Notes under the pieces: generated by a model
Seen by the model: only the letters and a program-made list of their open reading frames with translations
Database searches by the model: none
What the model was told of the DNA's origin: nothing
NCBI GenBank assembly: GCA_964291395.2
Contig: OZ219856.1
Span: 2,144,001 to 2,208,000 of the forward strand
Source: Alphaproteobacteria bacterium
Lineage (GTDB): Bacteria; Pseudomonadota; Alphaproteobacteria; UBA2966
Length of the DNA stretch: 64,000 nucleotides
Reading direction: 5' to 3'
Translations under genes and position numbers: made by a program
Shown: positions 39,858-50,769 of the stretch, piece by piece
Layout: each line of letters opens with the position of its first letter
How positions within the stretch are numbered: position 1 is the stretch's first letter

Positions 39858-41894
39858 ATGGCCCACCTGATCGGCGTCGACGTCGGCGGCACCAACACTG
39901 ATCTGGTCTTCGTGGATACCGAGGCAGGCGAACTACGCGTCGCCAAGGTACCGTCGACACCGTCCAACCAGGCGGACGGCCTGATGCACGGGATCGACAT
40001 CCTGGATGTCCCGCTGAAGGAGATCGATCTGCTGATCCACGGCACGACCGTAGCGACCAACGCCGTGATCGAACGCAAGGGTGCCCGCTGCGGCCTGATC
40101 ACGACCAAGGGCTTCCGGGATGTCCTCGAGATGGGGCGCCGCGACCGCCGGCAGGTGTACGGCCTGTTCGGCGATTTCCAGCCTCTCATCGACCGTCGGG
40201 ACCGCCGCGAAGTGGACGAACGCGTGAGCGCCCAGGGAGAAATCCTGACACCCCTCGATCCCGAGGAAGTGCGCGCCGTCGCCAGTGCGCTCGCCGAGGA
40301 AGGCTGCGAGGCCCTGGTCATCTCGTTCATGCACGCTTACGCCAACACCGGGAACGAAGCGGCAGCCGGACGGGCCGCGCGGGAGGTCTGGCCCAACGAC
40401 TTCGTCGTTACGAGTTCCGAGGTCCTGCCGGTAGTCCGCGAGTTCGAGCGGACCAGCACCGCCACCGTCAGCGGCTACGTCCAGCCCCTTATCTCACGGT
40501 ATCTCACGAGTCTGGGGGACCGGCTGAACGAAGGCGGCTACGACAGGGAGTTCCTCGTCGTCCAGTTGAACGGCGGCGTGATGACGGCATCCGTGGCGGC
40601 ACGGCTGGCCTCCAACACCATCCTTTCCGGACCCGCCGCGGGCGTGACCGCGGGGGCGGCCATTGCCGTGGACATGGATATCGGCGACGTGGTGTGCTGC
40701 GACATGGGCGGCACCAGCTTCGACGCGTGCATCATTCGCGGAGGCCAGCCCGTGATCGCCAACGAAAAGTATCTGGATTTCCGCATTCCGCTGAGCCTGC
40801 CCATGCTCGACGTCGACGCCATCGGCGCGGGCGGCGGCAGCATCGCCCGCATCGATTCCTCCGGCATTATCGAGGTCGGCCCGGAGAGCGCGGGCGCCGA
40901 CCCCGGACCGGCCTGTGTCGGACTCGGCGGAACCGAGCCGACGGTGACGGATGCAAGCCTGGTGCTCGGATACCTCGATCCCGGCGAGGCCATCGGGCGG
41001 GACGAAGGTGTCGGTATGGACGTCGAACTCGCGCGCGCGGCGATCCAGGAAAAGATCGCAGGACCGCTCAATCTGGCGGTAGAGGACGCCGCGGAAGCCA
41101 TCCTCACGGTCACCGGCGCCAAGATGGCGGGCCACGTGCGGCGGAATCTCCTCGGCAAGGGTCTCGACCCGCGCGAATTCTCGGTGATCGCCTTCGGCGG
41201 CGCCGGTCCGGTTCACGTGAACCGGATCACCCGCGAGGTCGGTTTCCGTTCGGCCATCATTCCTGCATATCCAGGACTGACCTCGGCTCTCGGATGCGTT
41301 CTCGGGCGCCTGCGACACGACTACCTGCGCACGGTGAACGTCGCGCTCGACACCCTCGATCCCGCTGCCCTCGGCACGATCTTCGATGAAGAGGTCCGGA
41401 AGGGGCGCGCGTTGCTAGAGGCGGAAGGCGTGCCCGCCGACCGGATCACGGCCACCCTCGGCGCGGACATGTGCTACGCCGGTCAGGCCTACGTCATCCA
41501 GGTGATCTTCCCCGACGACGAGGCGTTGTCGAAGGACTCGATCAGCAAGGCCTTCGAGGCCGCCTATCACGAACGGTTCGCCAACCTGCTGCCGCACGCG
41601 GGCATCAAAATCATCAGCACCCGGGTGACGGTTGCCAGCACCGAGGACGTTCCCTCCGTCGCCGACCTCGTCTCCGCGCCTACGGATACCAGCCCGACCG
41701 CCGGGACCACACGGGCGTACTTCGGCGGCGGCTGGGTCGACGCGGCCAAATACCGGCGCGGCGAACTGCCAGCGGAGTTCCGCGTCGACGGACCGGCGTT
41801 GCTTACGCAGCCCGACTCCACCACACTGATCGAACCCGGCTTCTCCGCCACGGTGCATCCGACGGGGAACTTGCTGATCGAGGCGAACACCTGA
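39858..41894 (+). CDS. Hydantoinase/oxoprolinase A subunit
   Basis: GVDVGGTNTD, HGTTVATNA, SGPAAG, DMGGTSFD, AGADPGP. Confidence 0.93.
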   Translation: MAHLIGVDVGGTNTDLVFVDTEAGELRVAKVPSTPSNQADGLMHGIDILDVPLKEIDLLIHGTTVATNAVIERKGARCGLITTKGFRDVLEMGRRDRRQVYGLFGDFQPLIDRRDRREVDERVSAQGEILTPLDPEEVRAVASALAEEGCEALVISFMHAYANTGNEAAAGRAAREVWPNDFVVTSSEVLPVVREFERTSTATVSGYVQPLISRYLTSLGDRLNEGGYDREFLVVQLNGGVMTASVAARLASNTILSGPAAGVTAGAAIAVDMDIGDVVCCDMGGTSFDACIIRGGQPVIANEKYLDFRIPLSLPMLDVDAIGAGGGSIARIDSSGIIEVGPESAGADPGPACVGLGGTEPTVTDASLVLGYLDPGEAIGRDEGVGMDVELARAAIQEKIAGPLNLAVEDAAEAILTVTGAKMAGHVRRNLLGKGLDPREFSVIAFGGAGPVHVNRITREVGFRSAIIPAYPGLTSALGCVLGRLRHDYLRTVNVALDTLDPAALGTIFDEEVRKGRALLEAEGVPADRITATLGADMCYAGQAYVIQVIFPDDEALSKDSISKAFEAAYHERFANLLPHAGIKIISTRVTVASTEDVPSVADLVSAPTDTSPTAGTTRAYFGGGWVDAAKYRRGELPAEFRVDGPALLTQPDSTTLIEPGFSATVHPTGNLLIEANT

Positions 41895-41902
41895 GGCAGG
41901 AC

Positions 41903-43564
41903 ATGCGAAACATCGACCCGACGACCCTCGCCGTCATCCGCGGCGCGCTGGAACAGATCGCGGACGAGATGGACACCGTGCTGTCCACTTCAGCCTTCTC
42001 GCCCATCATCTCCGATGCCTGGGACCGCGCCAGCGGCATCTTCCACCCCAGAACGGGCGAGGTGATCGTCCAGGGACAGACGGGCCTGCCCATCTTCATC
42101 ATCGTCATGCAGCACACCGTGCAGCACGTACTGCAGGATCACCCGCCGGAAACCATGAAGCCGGGCGACGTGTTCATCGTCAACGATCCCTATCGGGGCG
42201 GCACCCACACCATGGACGTCAAGTTCGTCCGCCCCTTCTTCCGCGACGGCGAGCTCAAGGCGTTGCTGGCGAATACAGGCCATTGGCCGGACGTCGGCAG
42301 CATGACCCCCGGCGGCTTCACGACGACGGCGACGGACGTCTACCAGGAAGGGTTCCGCATTCCGCCCGTCAAGATTTACGACGGCGGCGAGTTCAATCAG
42401 ATCCTCGCCGACGTGATGTTCCACAACATGCGCGTGGCGGACGACCGCCGCGGCGACATGGCGGCACAGCTCAACTCGCTGGAAATGGGCGACAAGCGCC
42501 TGCACGAGTTCTTCGATCGCTTCGACGAGGACATCATCTTCGCCTGTATCGACGAGTTGAAGGACCGGTCGGAGAAGCTGATGCGCGAACGCATCGCCGA
42601 AATCCCCGACGGCACGTATCAGTTCGTCGACTATATGGATTCCGACGGGCTCGACGAGGGCCGGTTGAAGATCGACGTCAAGATGATCGTCAAGGGCACG
42701 GACATCACCTTCGACCTCTCCGGCAGTTCACCCGAATGCCGCGGTCCGTTCAACAGCCCCTACAGCAATACCGTGACCGGCACCATGATCGCCGTGAAGC
42801 ACGTGTTTTGGGACGTTCCGATCAATTCCGGGTGCTTCGAGCCCTTCGACTGGATAATCCCCGAGGGGTCGATGCTCAATCCGCGGGAGCCGCGGCCGGT
42901 TTCCGGCACGACCACCGAGTCGTGCAACATGATCGTCAGTACGACGCTCGGCGCGCTCGCCCAGGCCGTGCCGGGCCGCGTGCCGGCAGGCTACTTCGCG
43001 ACCGGCTCGAACGTCTGTTTGGGCGGTACGCATCCGGGTTACGGGGAGTACGCGACCCTGTTGCTGGTCGGCGGCGGGATGGGCGGCAATCCCGACGGCG
43101 ACGGCCTCAGCAACGGCTGTCCGGCGGTCGGTGGCTCGCGCAACGGCTCGGTCGAGATCACCGAGCAGTCCGTTCCGTTCCTTTACACGAAGTACGGATT
43201 ACGCGAAGGCTCCGCCGGCGATGGTGAATTTCGCGGCGGGCTCGGCGTCGAAGCGGCGCTGCAGCTCCGCGAGGGCGAGGGCTACCTCACATTTCTCGGC
43301 GACCGGGGCACGATCGGCCCCTATGGCCTCGAGGGCGGAGAACCCGGTGCCACCGCCGATCACGTGTTCCACACCGGCGGCGAGTATTGGCAGGCGCCGC
43401 ACAGGACCAAGATCGACCGCGTGTATCTGAAGCCCGGCGACGGCATGGTCGTGCGCACCCCGGGAGGCGGAGGTTACGGCGACCCGGCCAAGCGTTCACC
43501 GAAGGCCCGCGCGGCCGACTCGCGCCGCGGCTACCTCGCCGCCGCGGCCGACGCCGCCGAGTAA
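41903..43564 (+). CDS. Hydantoinase B/oxoprolinase subunit
   Basis: NDPYRGGTHTMD, HWPDVG, TPGGGGYG. Confidence 0.93.
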   Translation: MRNIDPTTLAVIRGALEQIADEMDTVLSTSAFSPIISDAWDRASGIFHPRTGEVIVQGQTGLPIFIIVMQHTVQHVLQDHPPETMKPGDVFIVNDPYRGGTHTMDVKFVRPFFRDGELKALLANTGHWPDVGSMTPGGFTTTATDVYQEGFRIPPVKIYDGGEFNQILADVMFHNMRVADDRRGDMAAQLNSLEMGDKRLHEFFDRFDEDIIFACIDELKDRSEKLMRERIAEIPDGTYQFVDYMDSDGLDEGRLKIDVKMIVKGTDITFDLSGSSPECRGPFNSPYSNTVTGTMIAVKHVFWDVPINSGCFEPFDWIIPEGSMLNPREPRPVSGTTTESCNMIVSTTLGALAQAVPGRVPAGYFATGSNVCLGGTHPGYGEYATLLLVGGGMGGNPDGDGLSNGCPAVGGSRNGSVEITEQSVPFLYTKYGLREGSAGDGEFRGGLGVEAALQLREGEGYLTFLGDRGTIGPYGLEGGEPGATADHVFHTGGEYWQAPHRTKIDRVYLKPGDGMVVRTPGGGGYGDPAKRSPKARAADSRRGYLAAAADAAE

Positions 43565-43585
43565 ACCCGGGAGCACGGCACAGCC

Positions 43586-46039
43586 ATGGCCCTGCCCGAC
43601 CAAGCCCGCGCCGTGGTCATCGGCGGCGGCGTCGCCGGTTGCTCGATCGCCTATCGCCTGGCCGAGCTCGGATGGACGGACATCGTCCTCATCGAGCGCA
43701 ACACGGTGTCCTCCGGCACCACTTGGCACGCCGCGGGCGACGTGGTGATCATCCGCGGCTCCCTCGAACTCACGCAGATGATGCGCGACAGCGTCTCGCT
43801 CTACACCTCGGCCTCCGCGGAGACGGGACAGGACATCGGCCTCAAGCACTGCGGCGCCATGTCGCTGGCCCAGACCGAACACCGCCTGACCGACTATCGC
43901 CGACAGGCCGCGCTCTTCGGATCGATCGGCGGAGAGGCCGACATCGTGCCCCCGGAACAGGTGGCGCAGCTCAATCCCTTCGTGCGCAGCGACGACGTCC
44001 TCGGCGCGCTTCACGTGCCCGAGGCCTACCGCGTCAACCCGGCGGACGTCGCCCAGGCGGTCTCGAAGGCGGCGCGAAACCGGGGCGTGGAGGTCTTCGA
44101 GAACACGCGCGTCACGGGCATCGAGACCCAGCGCGCGGGACACACGCGGCGAGTCGCCGCCGTGCAGACGGAGCAGGGCCGGATCGCCTGCGAGACCGTG
44201 GTGCTGACCGGCGGCGCGTGGTCCCGCGACATCGGGCGGCTGGCCGGCGTCTCCGTACCGCTGCACGCGGTGGAGCACAGCTACCTGATCACCAACGTAA
44301 TCGACGGCGTGGACGACCGTCTGCCGATCTCGCGCGACCCCGACGCCTACATCTACTCGCGGGAAGAGGTCGGCGGGTTCCTCATCGGGTTCTTCGAGCC
44401 GGGCGCCAAGCCCCTCTCCAAGGCGCAACTGCCGGACGACTTCTCGTTCGCCAGCCTGCCGGAGGACTGGGATCATCTCGAACCCCACATCGCCAACGCC
44501 ATCAACCGCTACCCGGCCTTGGAAACCGCCGGCATCAAGCTGCTGTTCACCGGACCCGAGAGCTTCACGCCCGACGGCGCCTTTCTCATGGGCCCGGCGC
44601 CCGACGTGACGGGCCTCTACGCCCTGACCGGAATGAATTCATCGGGCATCGGCCAGTCGGGCGGCGCGGCCAAGGCGCTGGCCGAGTGGATCGTCGGCGG
44701 CGAGCCCACCATCGACATCACGGCGTTCGACATGCGCCGCTTTCCGCGCGTTTTCGGGAACACGGCCTGGCTGGCGGAGCGCGCCAGGGAGCTGCCGAGC
44801 TGGCTGTTCGATCCCAACCTGCCGCGGCGGGAGCACAAGCACGCGCGCAATTTGCGGCTCTCCGCCTTCCATTCCCGCTTCGAGGCGGCGGGCGCGCGCT
44901 TCGGGCAGGCTGCCGGCTGGGAACGTCCCAACTGGTTCGCGCCCAACGGCCGGGACGTCGACGATCCGCCGACCTACAAGCGGCCCGGCTGGTTCGACGC
45001 CGTGGCGGAAGAGCACCGGGCGGCGCGCGAGACCGTGGCCTTGTTCGAGCGCACGCCGATGGCGAAGATCCTGGTCGAAGGTCCGGACGCCGAACGACTG
45101 TTGCAGACGGCGTGCGCCAACGACCTCTCGGGTCCCGACGGCCGCCTGATCTACACCGCCATGCTCAACTCGAACGGCGGGTTCGAGTCCGACCTCACGG
45201 TCACGCGCCTCGCCGGCGACCGATTCCTCGTCATCACCGGCGCCAACGAAGGAGTCCGCGACCACGACCACATTGCGCGCCTCGCCGGCGACCGGAAGGT
45301 CTCGATAACCGATGTCACGAGCGCCTACGCGGGCCTCGCGTTGACCGGACCCGGTGCCCGTGAGCTGCTGTCACGTATCGCCGAGAACGACCTGTCGGAC
45401 GAGGCTTTTCCGTACCTCTCGGCGCAGGAGGTCTGGATCGGTCCCGGGCATGCCTGGGCACTGCGCGTTTCCTACGCGGGCGAGCTCGGCTGGGAGCTGT
45501 TCATCCCGACCGAAAGCGCCGCCGCGGTTTACGACGCCATGGTCGCGGAGGGCGAGGACCTGGGCCTCGCGCACGCGGGCGCGTACGCTTCCAATACCTT
45601 GCGCATGGAGAAAGGTTTCCGGGCCTGGGGCCACGACATCACGCCGGTGGAAACACCGCTCGAAGCCGGACTCGGGTTCGCCGTGCGCTTCGACAAGCAG
45701 GTTCCGTTCATCGGGCGGGACGCCCTGTTGCGCCAGCGCGACGACGGCGTCCGCAAGCGCCTGGTCGTGTTTACCATGGACGAGACCGAGCACTGGCCCA
45801 TCGTTCGCGAACCGGTCCGGCGAGAGGGCGAGGTCGTGGGACACCTGACGTCGTCCGGTTACGGCTACTCCATCGGCAAGATGGTTTCCATGGGTTTCGT
45901 GAGGAACGGCGGCGAACCGGTCGAGGCCGACTTCGTCAACACGGGCGCCTGGGACATCGAGATCGCCGGTGAGCGCGTCCCCGCCGAGGCGAGCCTCGCC
46001 GCCCCCTACGATCCCAAGGGCGCGCGCATGCGGGGGTGA
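43586..46039 (+). CDS. GcvT-family FAD oxidoreductase (dimethylglycine/sarcosine dehydrogenase-like)
   Basis: IGGGVAG, GTTWHAAG, GPESFTPD, GWERPNWF, GELGWEL, LRMEKG. Confidence 0.93.
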   Translation: MALPDQARAVVIGGGVAGCSIAYRLAELGWTDIVLIERNTVSSGTTWHAAGDVVIIRGSLELTQMMRDSVSLYTSASAETGQDIGLKHCGAMSLAQTEHRLTDYRRQAALFGSIGGEADIVPPEQVAQLNPFVRSDDVLGALHVPEAYRVNPADVAQAVSKAARNRGVEVFENTRVTGIETQRAGHTRRVAAVQTEQGRIACETVVLTGGAWSRDIGRLAGVSVPLHAVEHSYLITNVIDGVDDRLPISRDPDAYIYSREEVGGFLIGFFEPGAKPLSKAQLPDDFSFASLPEDWDHLEPHIANAINRYPALETAGIKLLFTGPESFTPDGAFLMGPAPDVTGLYALTGMNSSGIGQSGGAAKALAEWIVGGEPTIDITAFDMRRFPRVFGNTAWLAERARELPSWLFDPNLPRREHKHARNLRLSAFHSRFEAAGARFGQAAGWERPNWFAPNGRDVDDPPTYKRPGWFDAVAEEHRAARETVALFERTPMAKILVEGPDAERLLQTACANDLSGPDGRLIYTAMLNSNGGFESDLTVTRLAGDRFLVITGANEGVRDHDHIARLAGDRKVSITDVTSAYAGLALTGPGARELLSRIAENDLSDEAFPYLSAQEVWIGPGHAWALRVSYAGELGWELFIPTESAAAVYDAMVAEGEDLGLAHAGAYASNTLRMEKGFRAWGHDITPVETPLEAGLGFAVRFDKQVPFIGRDALLRQRDDGVRKRLVVFTMDETEHWPIVREPVRREGEVVGHLTSSGYGYSIGKMVSMGFVRNGGEPVEADFVNTGAWDIEIAGERVPAEASLAAPYDPKGARMRG

Positions 46040-46098
46040 GCGGTGACACGGTTCCCGGACGGCCGAAACGCTTACGGGTCGCTTTCCGGCGGACCGCG

Positions 46099-47853
46099 TC
46101 AGCCCCGCAGGGCCCGCTCCCGTTCCGTCGCCGTCTCGTCCACCGCCCTGCCGTCGCCGGTCAGCACCACGCCGTAGTTGCGCAATGCACCGTCCCGGCT
46201 GACGAAGCCGCAGCGGACATCACTGAGCACGCGCGCGGGATCACGCTTCAGGGGGTCGCCCCAGCCGCCACCCCCGGAGGACCGCGCGACGAGGCGCGCG
46301 GGGCCATAAGTACGGTTGCCGTAGGGCGGCGCGACTTGCGGATCGCCATCGGCGGGAACGATCTCCATTTCCGCCTCGCGGCCCGTGCCGCCGCCGTTGA
46401 CGCCGTACCCCGACGGATAGACGAGCCCCTCGCCCCGGAAGGAGTAGATCGCCTCTTCCTCGACGGCGACGTCATAGTGGATGCCCGTGCCGCCGCGGAA
46501 CCGCCCGGGACCACCTGAATCGCGGCGGTATTCCTGGCGCAGGAAACGCATGGGATAGCGCTGCTCATAGGGCTCGACGTTGTGCAGGAGAAGCCCGCCG
46601 AGGGTGATGACGTGACCGAGCTGATCAAAACCGTCCCGGCCCCGAACCGCGCCGGCGCCCGGCATCGTGCACCAGTGAATCATCACGTAGGGGTCCTCCG
46701 AGTCGACTCGGCCTGCCGTCACCCCGTGTATCCCCTTCCCCCATCCGGCACAGGCGTTCGCCGGGTCGGCCTGGGCCAACGCCTTCCAGGTCACGTGGAC
46801 GATCTCGTGGGCCACCGACTGCGTGCTCTGGGTCATGGGCGCCGGCGGCCGCGGGTTGACGACGGTGCCACGCGGCGCGACGAGGGTGACCGCGCGGAAG
46901 GCCCCGCCGTTGTGGGGCAACGCCGGGTCGAGAAACGAAAACAGGCCGAGGTACACGCAGGCGTGGGTGGTGACGAGGGACGCGTTCTTGAAACCGCGCA
47001 CCTGCGGATGGGTTCCCGTGAAGTCCACCGTCAGGTGATCGCCGACGATGGTCATGGCCACGCGGACGGGAATCTCGATGTCCTCGAAGCAGTCATTGTG
47101 GCTGAGCTCTTCCGCCTCGTAGCGACCGTCGGGAAGCTCGCGAACGGCGGCCCGGAACATGCGCTCGCCATAATCCAGGAGCCCGACGATGTACTCCTTT
47201 CCCGTCTCGACGCCGAACTCCCCGATCAGGGCGGAAACCCGCTCCGCCCCGATCCGGGTCGAGCCGAGCATGGCCCGCAGGTCGCCGTCGAGCAGGCGCG
47301 GGGTACGGGTGTTGAGCATGAGGAATTCCCACAAGTCGTCCAGCAACTCGCCCCGGCGCACCAGCTTCAGGGGTGGCAGCCGGATGCCCTCGTGCCAGAT
47401 CTCGGTTGCCTCCGCAAAGTACGAGCCGGCGGAGCCGCCCCCGATGTCCGACTGGTGCGCCCGGATGCAGCTGAAGGCCACGAGCTCTCCCTGGACGAAG
47501 ACGGGCCGGATGGCCACCCAGTCGGGCAGGTGGTTGCCGCCCGCTTCGTAAGGATCGTTGGCGAGGAAGACGTCTCCGTCCTCGATCTCCTCGGGGAAGG
47601 CGTCGAGGATGGCCTCGACGATGAAACCGCCGCAGCCGGCCTGAATCGGGATGCCGTCCGACACTGAGATCAGTTCGGCCCTGGCGTCCGTGAGGAAGCA
47701 GGCGAAATCGTAGCATTCGCTGAAGAACGGGCTCCACGCCGTGCGCATCATGACCCGACCCATGTGCCGGCCGATGTCGTCGAACCGGTTCTGAATCAAC
47801 GCCAGGTCAACCGGATCGAGCGTCTCCACCCGTCCGGCGGCGAGAGCCGTCAT
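46099..47853 (-). CDS. Hydantoinase B/oxoprolinase subunit (second, divergent paralog)
   Basis: NDPYEAGGNHLPD, HQSDIGG, SSGGGGWGDP; overlaps the upstream stop. Confidence 0.9.
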   Translation of the reverse strand: MTALAAGRVETLDPVDLALIQNRFDDIGRHMGRVMMRTAWSPFFSECYDFACFLTDARAELISVSDGIPIQAGCGGFIVEAILDAFPEEIEDGDVFLANDPYEAGGNHLPDWVAIRPVFVQGELVAFSCIRAHQSDIGGGSAGSYFAEATEIWHEGIRLPPLKLVRRGELLDDLWEFLMLNTRTPRLLDGDLRAMLGSTRIGAERVSALIGEFGVETGKEYIVGLLDYGERMFRAAVRELPDGRYEAEELSHNDCFEDIEIPVRVAMTIVGDHLTVDFTGTHPQVRGFKNASLVTTHACVYLGLFSFLDPALPHNGGAFRAVTLVAPRGTVVNPRPPAPMTQSTQSVAHEIVHVTWKALAQADPANACAGWGKGIHGVTAGRVDSEDPYVMIHWCTMPGAGAVRGRDGFDQLGHVITLGGLLLHNVEPYEQRYPMRFLRQEYRRDSGGPGRFRGGTGIHYDVAVEEEAIYSFRGEGLVYPSGYGVNGGGTGREAEMEIVPADGDPQVAPPYGNRTYGPARLVARSSGGGGWGDPLKRDPARVLSDVRCGFVSRDGALRNYGVVLTGDGRAVDETATERERALRG

Positions 47854-50174
47854 GCGTCGCTTCCATGAATGGCCCGCCACACGCGCTGCGGCGTCGCGGG
47901 ACAGTCGAGCTCCCTCACGCCGTATGCCGACAGGGCGTCGATCACCGCATTCATGATCGCCGGATGAGCCCCGATGGTGCCGGCCTCCCCACAACCCTTG
48001 ACCCCGAGCGGATTGGTCCTTGTCGGGACCTCGTTGAACGAGATCGCGATGTCGCACATGTCGTCGGCCTTGGGCAGCGCATAATCCATCAGCGATCCCG
48101 TCACCGGCTGTCCCGTCTCGCGCTCATAGATCATGTCTTCGAGCAGGGCCTGGCCCGCGCCTTGGGCCACGCCGCCCTGCACCATGCCCCGGACGATGAG
48201 CGGATTGATGATGGTCCCGAAGTCGTCGACGACCGTGTAGCGCACCACCGAGACGGCTCCCGTCCCGGGATCGATCTCGACCTCGGCCACGTGACAACCG
48301 TTGGGCCAGGCGGAAGCGCGGCGCCGGTACCTTTCGTGCGTGTCGAGGTCCTCCTCCAGGCCCGCGGGACGCCGCTCCGGATCACGGGCGATGACGGCCA
48401 CCTCGAAGAGACGGAGCGCCCGGTCGGTTCCGGCCACGACGAAGCGGCCGTCCGCGAATTCAATGTCCGCGACCGCGGCCTCGAGCTCATGGGCGACGAT
48501 CAGCCGACCCTTCTCGATTACGCGCTCGCCGGCGGCACGCAAGGCCGATCCCCCCATCTCCGTCGACCGGGAGCCGCCGTGGCCGCCGCCGATCGCAATC
48601 CGATCCGTATCCCCTTGCTCGAAGCCGATGCGGTCGAGGGGCACGCCAAGCTGATCCGAAACGATCTGGCGCAGCGTGGTCTCGAGGCCCTGACCGTTGT
48701 CGAAGGTACCGAGCAGGAGCGTGACGGAGTCGTTTCCCGTGAACTTGATATCCGCGCCTTCCTCCGCCGGTCCCAGCGTATCGTCGATGTAATAGCCGAT
48801 GCCGATGCCGCGGAGCGTGCCGCGCGACTCCGAGTCGGCCCGGCGCGCCTCGAATCCAGCGTAGTCGGCATCCGCCAAAGCGCCCTCCAGGGTGGCCGGG
48901 AAGTCGCCCGAATCGAACGTGAAACCGAAGGGAGTGGTGTAGGGCAAGGCGGCGGCCGGGATGAGATTGCGGCGGCGCAGCTCCGCGGCGTCGATTCCCA
49001 TGTCATCCGCCGCGGCGTCCAGCAGCCGCTCGATGACATACGTCGCCTCGGAGCGCCCCACGCCGCGATAGGAACCCGTCGGCGTCTTGTTCGTGAAGAC
49101 GGTCTTGACCTCCAGGTGAGCCGCCGGGATGCGGTAGACGCCGGAGGCCGCCGAGGCATTGGCCGTGGTCGGCAGCATGGGTGACGCGCCGACGATATAG
49201 GCCCCGTGCGTGGCGATCGTCCGGATGCGCAGTCCGAGGATCCGTCCGTCGGCGCCGAACGCCATCCGGGCGTCACTCACGTGATCGCGGGCCTGATCGT
49301 CGCTCATGAAGGACTCGCTGCGGCTGCTCGTCCAGTTGACGGGTCGGCCGAGCCGCCTGGCCGCCCACAGGACCAGCGGGTACTCGGGATAGGCATAATT
49401 CTTCATGCCGAAGCCGGCGCCGATATCGGGCGCAACCACGCGCAGATCGGCTTCGGCAACGTGCAGGACCTGCTCGGCAAGTTGCTTGCGCAGATTGTGA
49501 ACGAAGGGGCAGGTGACATGCAGCGTGTACCGGCCCGTGGCCGAATCGAACTCGCCCGCCGCCGCGCGGCCTTCCATCGAGGCGATGGCGAGGCGGTTGT
49601 TGATCAATCCCGCGATCTCCGTCACGTGCGCCGCGTCCGCAAACGCCGCCTCGGTGGCCGCTGCGTCCCCGGTTTCCCAATCGACACAGACGTTCCGCGG
49701 CGCTTCTTCCCAGAGCAGAGGGGTACCCGCGTCCATGGCGCGGACCGTATCCGTATTGGCCGGCAAGGGCGCGTAATCGACCCGCACCAAGTCCGCCGCG
49801 TCCCGCGCCCGACCCTCCGTTTCGGCGACGACCAGGGCCACCGGATCGCCGACGTGACGCACCCGATCGCGGGAGAGCGGCCAGCGCGGCGGCACGAAGC
49901 ATGTCTGTCCGTCCCGGCTCTCGATCGTCACGGCGCAAGGAATCGGGCCGATGCCGTCGGCGACGAGGTCGGCGCCGGTGAACACGGCCAAGACGCCGGG
50001 CGCCTTCTCCGCGCCCGTCCGGTCAATCCCCAACACGTCGGCGTGCGCGTGCGGCGAGCGAACGAACACGGCCGCGGCCTGGCCCTCGATCCGGATATCG
50101 TCAACGTAGCAGCCACGACCGGTGAGAAACCGTTCATCCTCGACCCGCCGCACGGGTTCACCGACTGATGCCAT
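47850..50174 (-). CDS. Xanthine dehydrogenase-family molybdopterin-binding large subunit (CoxL-like)
   Basis: RVEDERFLTG, GAGFGMK, SYRGVGR, GGHGGSRS, NPLGVKGCGEAG. Confidence 0.92.
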   Translation of the reverse strand: MASVGEPVRRVEDERFLTGRGCYVDDIRIEGQAAAVFVRSPHAHADVLGIDRTGAEKAPGVLAVFTGADLVADGIGPIPCAVTIESRDGQTCFVPPRWPLSRDRVRHVGDPVALVVAETEGRARDAADLVRVDYAPLPANTDTVRAMDAGTPLLWEEAPRNVCVDWETGDAAATEAAFADAAHVTEIAGLINNRLAIASMEGRAAAGEFDSATGRYTLHVTCPFVHNLRKQLAEQVLHVAEADLRVVAPDIGAGFGMKNYAYPEYPLVLWAARRLGRPVNWTSSRSESFMSDDQARDHVSDARMAFGADGRILGLRIRTIATHGAYIVGASPMLPTTANASAASGVYRIPAAHLEVKTVFTNKTPTGSYRGVGRSEATYVIERLLDAAADDMGIDAAELRRRNLIPAAALPYTTPFGFTFDSGDFPATLEGALADADYAGFEARRADSESRGTLRGIGIGYYIDDTLGPAEEGADIKFTGNDSVTLLLGTFDNGQGLETTLRQIVSDQLGVPLDRIGFEQGDTDRIAIGGGHGGSRSTEMGGSALRAAGERVIEKGRLIVAHELEAAVADIEFADGRFVVAGTDRALRLFEVAVIARDPERRPAGLEEDLDTHERYRRRASAWPNGCHVAEVEIDPGTGAVSVVRYTVVDDFGTIINPLIVRGMVQGGVAQGAGQALLEDMIYERETGQPVTGSLMDYALPKADDMCDIAISFNEVPTRTNPLGVKGCGEAGTIGAHPAIMNAVIDALSAYGVRELDCPATPQRVWRAIHGSDA

Positions 50175-50304
50175 CCACTCCCCCTCCCGTCATTTCCAAA
50201 GCCTGCGCCGTCGGCACCGATGTTTCAAGGACCGTCGCGTCACGGGTAAGCGAAACGGCGATTCCGGGTTAAAGTCACCGACCAACCGGATCGGAGGCTC
50301 GGCC

Positions 50305-50769
50305 ATGGACATCACCTCGCACATGCAGAAGGTCGCGCGCATGGACGCGGTTCACAGGCGCCTCGACCGCGAAGCCGACTTCGAACTCTGGTACTGGATG
50401 GCGCTCGACGCGGGCAACCAAGCCATGAACGCGGCTCTGCATGCGGCGAAAGTGACCGCGGAGGAGCCCGAACTCGCCTCTCAGGTCAACGACATCTACA
50501 TGCGCCGGACCGAGGCCGGGGAATGGGAGCGTGTGGTCAAGCGGGGGGCCGACATCATCCACCCGCAGATGAGCGAGTTCGACAACCCCATACCCGAAAA
50601 GCTGCAGGAAGCGATCGACGCGCTGCACACGCTGGAGAGCTACCGCGACCCCTGCATTCGCCTCGGCAAGGAAGTGACGCCCGAGATCGCAGACTCCTGC
50701 GCCGAGGCCTACGGGAAGGTCCTGGCCATCACCCGAGACTTCGTGGCATCGGCGGGGAGCGTGTCATGA
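50305..50769 (+). CDS. Hypothetical protein (all-alpha, HEPN-like?)
   Basis: GGAGG RBS; paralogous to the next ORF. Confidence 0.75.
   Translation: MDITSHMQKVARMDAVHRRLDREADFELWYWMALDAGNQAMNAALHAAKVTAEEPELASQVNDIYMRRTEAGEWERVVKRGADIIHPQMSEFDNPIPEKLQEAIDALHTLESYRDPCIRLGKEVTPEIADSCAEAYGKVLAITRDFVASAGSVS

Noticed and set aside
47850-50174. Bona fide CO dehydrogenase coxL
   Set aside because: Active-site loop is SYRGVGR, not AYxCSFR; no coxM/coxS nearby
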